This document shows positions 26,471 to 36,500 of a stretch of 64,000 nucleotides of DNA, one piece after another. The stretch spans positions 152,892,001-152,956,000 of the forward strand of contig OZ024743.1 in assembly GCA_964016885.1 (NCBI GenBank), given 5' to 3'. Position 1 is the first letter of the stretch; every line of letters starts with the position of its first letter. Below the pieces are notes generated by a model that was not told the origin of the DNA, ran no database searches, and saw only the letters and a list, made by a program, of their open reading frames with translations. This stretch comes from Eledone cirrhosa. Lineage: Eukaryota. Made by a program: the position numbers and the translations under genes.

Positions 26471-28354
26471 ATTATAAAACAAAACAAATATTTATATATA
26501 CATACACACATACATATATTACACCCCACCATCTCAAAAAAAGCAAGAAGCACTCATTTGATGACTTAATTTTAGATAAACTATACCAAAGATAAAAATA
26601 TTGGATGGTCATAGTTGGAATACCTTTTATCATAGATATACTTCAAGTTTGGACCCTGAACTAAACAACTACATATAAGTTTTTCAAAAATTATTTAAAA
26701 AATGATTAGTGAAACATTAAAAAACTTCTATTTGGAGACAATCAGTGGAAAATGTGTCTGCAAATAAGGAAAAAAATTGGTTCTGGATCTATCACATTGA
26801 TGCATGGTGTCAGAGGAGGGTGACAAGATAAAACTGGGCACGGGTATTAACAAACACGATGTCATATATTTCAATGTGACTAAATGAAATATGCAAAAAG
26901 ATTTAATTAAAATTAAAATTAACAATAGAAACATTGAAGAGAATGCGACTTCTCCTATGAAAATCATGAAACAATTTTACTTGAGAAAGAGAGAGTAAAA
27001 CAAATTCTATAGTTTTAACTTTAAATAACTAAAATAAAGTTACTATCTGTTTATTTTAATGAAGAAACTAAATGTTGCTATATTTGATATTCTAGAGTTT
27101 TTTTTATCTTTTCCTCTTTTTGAAATGATTTTCTATAGAATTAAAAATAGAAAACAATTTAAAATGAGCAAAACTATAACCAATAGAAGTAAAAAAAAAA
27201 TACAATTAAAAAATAGAAAAATATTTAACAATTTTCAATACAGAGTTCATTTCAATGACGTTAATTAATTTATTTAAAACTAAACAAATAATAAACCAAA
27301 GCTGTCAACTGAATTTATTTCTATTCTCAAATGAGCAACTTAATTATTTAAATATATGATTATGAGTTTGACTGCAAATTTTGGGAGAAAATCAACAAAA
27401 ACTAAACAACAGAAATTCTTGATGACTTGGTCTTTAAAATGTTTGCATCTTGACCACAACAAACCAATATATAAAGAAATAAACAGAAGTAATATAAACA
27501 AAAGAAAAAAAAAGTGTTTATCATACATTGCAATGAGAAATTTCACATTTCTTTTTTGGGGGCGAGGTGTGGGGCAGTGTTTGGGATAGAAATATGTTTA
27601 AAATTAAACAAATAATAAAAATAAGACTAGATACTGTCAACTGAAGATGTTTCTATTCTGAAGAATGAAACTTAATTATTTAAATAAATCATTCTGACTA
27701 GGAACTATGTGGGTAGGTGGGAAAAATAGCAGGCAAAAAATTAAGAAATACATAGAGAAGTAATGTGACAGTGAAAGAAAAGTAGATTCATAGGATAAAC
27801 CTCTCTCTACATAGCATAGATTCCATTAAGAAACTTAACCTTCCCCCAAGAGATATATGATCAAATATATATATAAATCCCTACTTCCCTACGGACAATT
27901 AACGCTGCACACCAGGTCTGAACATGATTCTTATACTAGTTTCACAATATTTCATATATTTTTGTGTATGAGTATATATGTGTGTGTGTCAGCATTAATA
28001 ACCATTTCGTCTGAAGACTACCACCCTACACCTATTCTAATATATTGCCCACCTCATTGTCCTAGCCAACAGGATGGAGAAGACAATGCCCCAGAGCATG
28101 ATGAGGGAGCTGCACTGGAGAAGCAATAACACCATGAAAGAACCACTTTAGCCATTTCAAAAACACAGAAGATACATTTTTCATTTATTTTGGGAGGTTT
28201 CAACATTTCTATCAAATCTCTACACACTGGCCATTGATAAAAATTCCCCTTATTCAATTTCATCTCAGATCAAATCACTTTCCAAAGTAGTACAACTAAA
28301 AATAATTAAGATTTTAAATAAAAGAAAATTTGTTTCATACACTACAAAGTTTAG

Positions 28355-28520
28355 GTAGACTAGGCTGTGGTTAAGGAGTTTGTTTTGTAAACATAAAATT
28401 TCACGTTCAGTCCCACTGTGAAACACCTTGGTCTAGTGTCTTTTTCTATAGTCTCAGTTTAGATAGTGCTTTGGGAGGGAAATTTGGCAGATAGAAACTG
28501 TATAGAAGTTTGTCATATAT
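28355..28520 (+). mobile_element. Octopus-type tRNA SINE (degenerate)
   Basis: ggctgtggttaag...gttcagtcccactg...caccttgg...agtgtc...tatag...atttggcagatagaaactg followed by (TA)n; related copies near 22245, 37060 and 39990 (-). Confidence 0.6.
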
Positions 28521-28781
28521 ATATATATATAGTATTAGTTATACTATTTATGGTTATGTAAATACAAAACCTTAAGCAGTTGTAAGTATTTTACACACAC
28601 TCTAAATAGTGGTAGGCAGTATTGTATTACTACCTTATTACCAGTAAGTTAAGTAGCTCAATGTAAAAACATCAGATGATTTACAGAGCAGTTATATGAA
28701 ATTTCATTTATATATATACATTTAGGTTTATTGGTTCACCACTGGATAGAACTGGTCATTCCGTATAGTCAACCATGATGT

Positions 28782-29229
28782 AACTAGACCTGAAAAATGC
28801 GCAAACTCAAAAGAGCCACATAATGTTATAATAGACCTTCAAAAGTGTGGGACTAGAGTTGCTGCTCAAAAATATTGTAATCATTATCTATCGTACACTC
28901 TGTGGCATCCTTTTATAAAAAAGAGACTCATAACGAACTCAAGGTGACACGATAATTATTTAAGCTAATGTTCAATATCTCATATTAGATGTTTAGTAAT
29001 GATTAATAAGAAATGAACTTAAACTGAATTCTATATTATAAATTCACTTAAATAATTATCGTGTCGTTTTGAGTTCGTTATGAGTCTCTTTTTTTATAAA
29101 AGGATGCCACAGAGTGTACTATAGATAATAATTACAATATTTTTGAGCAACAACTCTAGTCCACACTTTTGAAGGTTTATTATAAGATTCTGTGGCTCTT
29201 TTGAGCTTGCGCATTTTTCAGGTCTAGTT
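28782..29229. mobile_element. MITE/fold-back with ~180-bp terminal inverted repeats
   Basis: aactagacctgaaaaatgcgcaa...gataattatttaag pairs with cttaaataattatc...ttgcgcatttttcaggtctagtt around an ~80-bp AT-rich spacer. Confidence 0.9.
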
Positions 29230-29649
29230 TAATATTTTTTGAAGGCAACGCTTGTAATAACTCTAGTTAAACATGATATATATTAATAATAAATTATCGT
29301 TGTAATGTAATTATAAATGATCTTATAAATATTATTGTAAGATGTATAAAAATATTTTCAGACTTTTAATATAAACAACTACAAAAAACAATCAATATTA
29401 AATAAATATATTTTACATAATAATTGTTATAGTTGAATTAATAAAAATTAAATATTACATACAAATAGTCTAACATAATAATAAAAAAATAATCTAACAT
29501 AATAATAATAAAATAATCTAACATAAAACGAACAATAATATGGACAAATATACAAGTAAATATGATACAACCAATATTATAAGCATGTTATAACGAACTG
29601 AAAAAAAATAGTTAATATAAATTTCAAAAATCATATATAAATCAACAAT

Positions 29650-29960
29650 ATAACTTACCAAAACGAGAATAATATTTTGATGATAAACGACGAAATACAG
29701 GAGGAAGATTCGAAAGCGAAACGATAAATAAATGTGCAAACAAAATGGCGGATGCTTTTGAGCAACTATTACTCTCGTTGGTTGATTCGCCAATAAGACG
29801 ATGAATTTAGCCAATAAGACGATACATTACAAAACATATTTGGCAGCGATCACTACGGCCAGCGACACCCCTTGAATTTTTTATTCACAAGCTACGCATA
29901 TATGTCAGACACGCAGACTTAAAACATTCTGTTGTTAGTCACTACGTGTCTAACAGATAT
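29650..29960 (-). promoter_or_regulatory. Promoter-like island with a possible non-coding first exon on the minus strand
   Basis: YY1-like caaaatggcgg at 29741-29751; duplicated gccaataagacgat (CCAAT) at 29789 and 29810; CpGs retained; minus-strand donor g|gtaagtt at ~29658. Confidence 0.45.
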
Positions 29961-30035
29961 TAGGATAACTACACGATGTTATGTAACTCATTCATCTTCA
30001 ATGTTGAATCTTAGTGGTGGTGTAAGAATAGAGTT

Positions 30036-30360
30036 AATTATTATTGAGTAAAATGACGTGAGACCGGACTGGTGAAATTACTTCAAAGATTTATTATAGC
30101 AAACACTATGTACATTTCAATAACCAAGTTCTGTAGGATCATGTTGACAGTATCAGGTGTTTATTGCATAACAGTTATATAATAAAGGAATAATGGATTG
30201 TGTTTACCATAATTCCTTTATTATCAAACTTTTATACAATAAACAGCAGATGGTGTCACCAGGATCTTACGGAACTTGGTCATTGTACATAGTGTTTGCT
30301 ATAATAAATCTTTGAAGGAATTTCACCAGTCTGGCCTCCTCTCATTTTATTCAATAATTA
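30036..30360. mobile_element. ~325-bp imperfect whole-element palindrome (fold-back/MITE)
   Basis: gactggtgaaattacttcaaagatttattatagcaaacactatgtaca pairs with tgtacatagtgtttgctataataaatctttgaaggaatttcaccagtc; loop near 30197-30206. Confidence 0.9.
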
Positions 30361-30621
30361 TATATATATATATATATATAATAGTAATAGGTATAGTACC
30401 GGGAAAAAATAGGAATTACTAGGCAAGAAGTAATGGTTAGAAGGAGAAAATTTATTTAGGGGGTTCGTTCCTTAACATATGTTTCTGTACAACAGTCTAC
30501 TAACGCTCAATAGCAAGCATTACAGAACTGTTTTTTATCCCTCTTGCAATGAACTATAAAATCACATTGTGCTTTAAAATATTCATTGCCTTTATATGAT
30601 TGCACTATTAAACTTGTTTAC

Positions 30622-30655
<34 letters not shown>

Positions 30656-30659
30656 TGTT

Positions 30660-31340
30660 ATACTTGAGGAGGGTCAATTTGTGTAATAATATTGCCAGAA
30701 TTAATAACAGAACACACTCACTGTTTGGTTGGTTTTCGCTTCTGTGTCCTTTATATCGGTTAATTTAATTTATTCGGTCCTCAATGTTACCATTGACTGA
30801 CCAATGATCAAAAATACAGATACAATATAGACAACAAAGTCTAACAAATTTCTTTCGTTGCACATCTGCAACATCGTCAGTGGTGCTATTATGTTTCCTC
30901 CCGTTGCATTGTATGCCTACGTCATCTTTATTTAGTCTGTTTATTTATTTATTTATTTGTTTATTTTTTGTCTTCTTTGCGCATGTGTTTGCGTGTGTGT
31001 ATATTGTTTTGTTTGATGTGTGTTCGTATTTCGGTGACTGTGTATTGGTTATTGTATTATATCTTAGTTTACTAGTGTGTGTTTATATGTGTTTGTTGTT
31101 ATTGTGCTTGTGTATGTATTTATTTATTTATACTTCTCTTAGGTCAGTGTTGTTTGTTTGGCTGTTGTTGTTATTCCATTCATTTTTTCTGTTTAGCCTA
31201 GGCCTTCTAAGTTCTATTTCGCTGGCCTCTCTGATTTGCCTATCTGCTGGGTCATTTCTATGTTTAGATATTATTCTAATTTCTATGTTGTCTATGTTAC
31301 CGTCGTGTTGTTGTCTGGCATGTTCGTATAGCATGTTCGT
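30660..31340 (-). mobile_element. Penelope-like element 3' end (GIY-YIG C-terminus plus terminal region)
   Basis: ORF 31128-31334 LYEHARQQH...IISKHRNDPADRQIREASEIELRRPRLNRKNEW resembles the PLE endonuclease C-terminus (H..H...RQI.EA..I....LN.K.EW). Confidence 0.7.
30835..30886 (-). ncRNA. Hammerhead-ribozyme-like motif (probably degenerate)
   Basis: Minus strand: cca CTGACGA t gttgca-gatg-tgcaac GAAA. Stems I and III are not cleanly formed. Confidence 0.4.
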
Positions 31341-31344
31341 ATAT

Positions 31345-32089
31345 ATACAAAATTTAGTACAGCATCAACGAAGCTCTGGTTGCAGCCAAGCTAACGAATG
31401 AAGTCTCGGTGTACAGCTAAGCACTCAATAGGGTAAACTACCCTAGAGTTATAACATTACGTTTAGACAGCTTTGCAAATTGAATACAGCGACCGATAGA
31501 CGGGCCGCAGTGACGATAGCGACGAAAAAAACTGAACTCAGGAAAAAGTTTTTGACTAACCTGGACCTGCAGGGGTCTGCAAGTTAATGGTTTTTGAGGA
31601 TAGAACAGTGGAGTTTACTTCGTCAACAAGTTTTTCGTTCTCGTCCGCCCGGAGTAAGCACTGCTAAAAGGCACATGATTTTCCCAAAGGGAGGTAACCT
31701 CCGGTTTTGGCGGTCAATTCAAATTTGGAACAAAGGAATAAAATTCCTTTACACAAACCGAATTAAGCACTCAACTAGAAGTTATCAAACAAACATAGAC
31801 AAATTAATCAATCAATAGAATTGTCTAATTAAATTAATCAATTAATCGATCATTCTAGGAGATAATAATACAAAATTTAGTACAGCATCAACGAAGCTCT
31901 GGTTGCAGCCAAGCTAACGAATGCAGTCTCGTCGGTGTGCCACTAAGCACTCAATAGGGTATATTACCCTAGAGTTATAACATTACGTTTAGACAGCTTT
32001 GCAAATCAAATACAGCGACCGATAGACGGGCCGCAGTCACCATAGCGACGAAAAAAACTGAACTCAGAAAAAAATGTTTGAATAACCTG
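31345..32089. repeat. Element with ~220-bp terminal direct repeats (31345-31563, 31868-32089) between TA tracts
   Basis: atacaaaatttagtacagcatcaacgaagctctggttgcagccaagc...actgaactcag...taacctg present twice, about 525 bp apart. Confidence 0.85.
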
Positions 32090-32104
32090 TATATATATAT
32101 ATAT

Positions 32105-32297
32105 AACGAAGGAAATGTGGTAGGGAACCAGATGGACCATAACGCACCAAAGTACTCAATATTTAGGGTAGTAGAGTGGGTAATAGGAACAAGTATGACC
32201 CCGACGGCAAAGCTCAAGCTGTTTCGACGGCTAATTCTGGACTAATTAGTCGTCGAAACAGCTTGCGCTCTGTCGTTGGGGTCATACTTGTTCCTAT
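32105..32297. mobile_element. (TA)n-inserted hairpin element, copy 2
   Basis: Stem 32183-32236 / 32244-32297 with a few mismatches; same leader as copy 1. Confidence 0.9.
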
Positions 32298-32307
32298 ATA
32301 TATATAT

Positions 32308-32638
32308 GGAGGCACATGGCTTAGTGGTTAGAGCATTGGCCTTGCAATTGAAAGGCTGTCAGTTCAATTCTCAGACCGGGGGATGTGTTGTTTCCTTGGG
32401 CAAGACACTTTATTTCACATTGCTCCAGTAGAAATGAGATGACAGGGACTGGGGTCCATATCATTCCACTGCAAAGTGGTCGTGGAGGTGCCATGGCAAA
32501 AACCACCCAGCACTCACTGTAAATGATGCTGGTGTTAGGAAGGGCATCCAGCTGTAGAAATCAAGCCAGAATCAGTTCCCATCCCACCCTTGCAAGCAGG
32601 GAAAAGTGGATGTAAAATGATGATGATGATGATGATGA

Positions 32639-32641
<3 letters not shown>
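32308..32641 (+). mobile_element. tRNA-derived CORE-like SINE with RTE-derived tail
   Basis: ggaggcacatggcttagtggttagagc...gttcaattc; ccttgggcaagacacttt; ggaagggcatccagctgtagaaatc; (GAT)n. Confidence 0.88.
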
Positions 32642-32669
<28 letters not shown>

Positions 32670-32673
<4 letters not shown>

Positions 32674-33347
32674 TTGCAGTCAATAATGGAGGAGTTTAAG
32701 ATCGGATGCCCATGGGAACTCCTATATGCGGATGATCTCGCACTTATAGCTGAATCTATGGTGGAACTAGAGAAGAAATTCCAAACATGGAAACAGGGAC
32801 TATAAGGAAGGGGTCTCAAAGTTAACCTGACAAAGACTAAGGTCCTTGTAAGTAGACGAGAAAACAGAACCCAGATCCTCTCAGGGAAATGGCCTTGTTC
32901 AGTATGTAGGAAAGGTGTAGGTAGGAACTCCTTCCTCTGCCCCAAATGCAAACAATGGGTACACAAGAGATGTAGTGGGATCTCAGGAAGCTTAACTAAG
33001 AATGTAGGCACAGCAAGCAGCAAACGGCCACAGGAAACAGGCACCGCCAAACTCTGGGAGGGCTCTGTAGACAGTTTCTGCTACCTAGGTAACCGAATTA
33101 GCAATGGAGGTGGGTGTTCGGAAAGGACAATACTTGGGTAAGAATGGGATGGAAGAAGTTCAGAGAGCTATTGTCACTGCTAGCTGCAAAAGGCTTTTCC
33201 CTCAAAATGGAAGGCAGACTGTATGATGCGTGTATACGAATTTCAATGTTACATGGTAGTGAGACCTGGGCGCTGTCTGTAGAAGACTTGCGTAGATTAG
33301 AAAGAAACGAAGCCTGCATGCTCTGATGGATGCGTAATAGTAATATA
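32670..33347 (+). mobile_element. RTE fragment, left part of a copy split by a nested insertion
   Basis: Close to 7880-8600 (WELLYADD...); stops at agtaatatac. Confidence 0.9.
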
Positions 33348-35620
33348 CATCATCATCATCATCATCATCATCATTGTTTAACGTCTATCTTCCACGCTAG
33401 CATGGGTTTAGACGGGAATTGTACCACTTGAAGCAAGATTGGTTGTCTTGCTCGTGTAGGACTGTCTGGCAGGTTTTCTACGACTGGATGTCCTTCCTAA
33501 CACCAACCACGTTTACAGTGTGGACTAGGAGATTTTTACCGTATTACCTACACGGCCACATTACAGTATGGACTGTGTGTTTTTTTGTTGTGACACATAC
33601 ACAACCTCATTTATTTAGGACTGGATGTTGTGGTACCAACATAACTTTACATCGAAAGGGGTCGTGTAAATGGAGGTGGGGGTAGGGGTAGTGGGATGGG
33701 GGTGTATTTTGGTTAAGAGGTGCCTACTGACTGTAGGTTATGCTTTGTACTTAGGCAATGCGGGTTTTCTGTATTACTGTGAAGCGCCAAAGATCTCGGT
33801 CTAGTGACATTGTCTTGGAGAGGTGTAAGTGTGTAAGGTCGGAATTTATCAAATTGTCCCAGGTTTTTCTGGGCTGCCTACTCCGTAGCTACCGTCTATT
33901 TTGATCGCCCTGCACTTTTTTATACAGCTGTCGTTTTTCATGCGCATCACGTAACCATACCAACGTAGTCTTCTCTCAAGTAAACAGCATCTGATCCCTC
34001 TTATCCCTAATTTCTCACTTAGTTCATTAATGCTTTGCCGTTCATATATTACTATTACACATCCAACAGAGCATGCAAGCTTTGTTCCTCTCCAGTCTGT
34101 GTAGATCCTCTGCACACAATGTCCATGTCCCACTGCCATGTAACATTGCTGTTTGTATGCAGGCATCATACAGCCTGCCTTTCCTTTTTAGAGAGAAACC
34201 TTTAGCGGCCAATATTGATATAAGCTCTCTGAACTTTTCCATCCCGTTCTGTCTCCAGCTACTGTACTTTCAGAGCACCCTCCACCACTGCTGATTTTGT
34301 CACCCAGGTAACGGAAAGTGTCCACTATTTCTATAGAACCATCTGGGCAATGGAAGGAGCTAGTATCCTGTGGGCACTTGCTACTACTTATTGCACCTGA
34401 GCACCGGCCACATATAAAATCTATGTTCTTAGTTAGCTTACCTGTGATCCCACTACATCTTTTATGCACCCATACTCCTTTCCTACACACTGAGCATGGC
34501 CATTTCCCAGAAGGGACCAGTGCCCTATTTTCCTTCCTACATACTAGAACTTTAGTGTTAGACAAGTTAATTTTAAGGCCTTTTGATTCTAGGCCATACT
34601 TCCATGTTTGGAATTTCTTCTCTAATTCAGCCATTGACTCAGCTATGAGCGTTAGATCATCTGCGTATAGAAGTTCCCATTTGCAGCTGGTCTTGAACTC
34701 CTCTGTTACAGCCTGAAGGGCAATAATAAATAGGAGGGGGCTAATGATAGAGCCCTGATGAACACCAACTTTTACGCTAAACTCTTCACTATATTTGTTG
34801 TTAATTCTAACCTTACTGACTGTTTCTTTATACATGGATTGTATAGCTCTCACAAGCCATTCATCAACACCTAGTTTTCTAAGAGCCCACCAGATAATGG
34901 GGCGTGGGACTCTGTCAAAGGCTTTTTCCAAGTCAACAAAAGCTAAGTATAGGGGTTTACATTTAGCTAGGTACTTCTCCTGTAGTTGTCATACAAAGAA
35001 AAGAGCGTCTGTGGTACTTTTATCTGACACAAACCCGAACTGCATTTCATCTAGCTCAATTCGCTGATTAGTTGTGCTATTACTTTTTCTGTGAACTTCA
35101 TGACCTGGTCAATTAATTTAATGCCTCTATATCTTCCCCTATCTAGGGCATCTCCTTTACCCTTGTAGCAGTTAATGATGATGCTTCTACACCATTCTGT
35201 ATGACTTGGTTTACTATCCAGGTGACCATAGTGTGCCCCACCGTTCCAGATGCTTTCAACATTTCAGCAACTATTTCCAAAGGCCCAGCCGCCTTGCCTG
35301 TCTTCTTATCTTTGATTGCCTTACTTATTATACTACCTTCAACTTGCACTGCTGGTCCCTCTATTGGATCGATGTGTGGGAGACTGTCTTTCTCCCATTT
35401 ATTCTCCCCATTTAGTAGCCTTTCGTAGTGACACTTCCAAGCTACCTTCTTATCAGCATCAGTGATGGCAAGTACACCATCATCATTATGGACACACTTC
35501 TCCCAAACAATATCACGGTTTTCCTTGACACATTGCCTAGAAATCCTGAACCCCTCACGTTTTTGGTCCTCGCGTTGTAGAAAATGCTTGAACTTTCTTT
35601 CCTCTGCTTCCCTTCTTGCG
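33348..35620 (-). mobile_element. 5'-truncated RTE LINE nested in another RTE
   Basis: ORFs 35143-35637, 34188-34931 (EKAFDRV, HQGS, YADD) and 33849-34169; 3' UTR and (GAT)n tail at 33348-33375. Confidence 0.92.
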
Positions 35621-36200
35621 AAGTACGCGAACGGCAAAGCATAAACGAATTGAGAGAGAGACTGAGCTTAAGAGGAAACAAATGCTGCATGCAGGAGAGG
35701 AGGTTGCATTGGTATGGACATGTGATGCGTATGAAGGATGACAGCTGCATAAAAATATGCAGAGCACTAGAAGTCGATGGAAGCCATGGAGTGGGGAGAC
35801 ACAAGAAGACCTGGGATGAGGTGATAAAAGCCAACCGTACCCAATTGCACCTCTCAATGACGATGACACACAACCATGACCTCTGGCGTCACGCAGTAAT
35901 ACAGAAGACCCGACTTCCTATGGGTACAAGCCAAAGCTGAAGCATATAGACAATATGCCCCCACCCAGTCCACACTGTAAATTGGTCGTGGAGGTGCCAC
36001 AGAAAAAAAGCACCCAGCACTCACTGTAAATGAGGTTGGTATTAGGAAGGGCATCCAGCTGTAGAAATCAAGTCAGAATCAGTTCCCATATGAGCAAGAC
36101 AAGGTCAGCCGACTGGACACTGCCCACAACAGGACAACCCGTCTAAACCATGCTAGTGTGGAAGAACGGACGTAAAACGGTGATGATTATGATGATGGTG
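35621..36200 (+). mobile_element. RTE fragment, right part of the split copy, with 3' UTR
   Basis: Resumes at tacgcgaacggcaaagcataaacgaa; colinear with 8598-9198. Confidence 0.9.
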
Positions 36201-36202
36201 GT

Positions 36203-36500
36203 ATATACTTGGGGAGGGTCATATTGCCAGAAATAATAACAGAACATACTTGCTGTTTGGTTTGGTTTTCGCTTTTGTAAATTTTATATCTCCATAGTTA
36301 ATTTATTTGTCAATCAATGTTTATCCTTGATTGACCAACGGTTAACAATACAGATATAAATATATATATATAGTCTATTAAAGTTCTTTTGCCACACATC
36401 TGTGACATCATCAGTGGTACTATTATGTTTCCTCCCATTGTATTGTAATGCCTATGCCATTTTTTTTTAATTAATCAATTTATTTATTTTGTCTCTGTCT
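36203..36500 (-). mobile_element. Second copy of the Penelope-like terminal region
   Basis: Aligns with 30660-30970; carries CTGATGA t gtcaca-gatg-tgtggc aaaa on the minus strand. Confidence 0.7.

Noticed and set aside
28070-28129. Possible terminal exon DGEDNAPEHDEGAALEKQ*
   Set aside because: Weak acceptor and no upstream exons could be linked to it.
30880-31401. 173-aa hydrophobic ORF resembling a membrane protein
   Set aside because: T/G-rich antisense of the Penelope-like 3' end; low complexity.
32308-32380. tRNA gene (also 26225-26295 and 62412-62480)
   Set aside because: Box A/B are present, but the sequence continues into a SINE body and tail, with no convincing cloverleaf or terminator.
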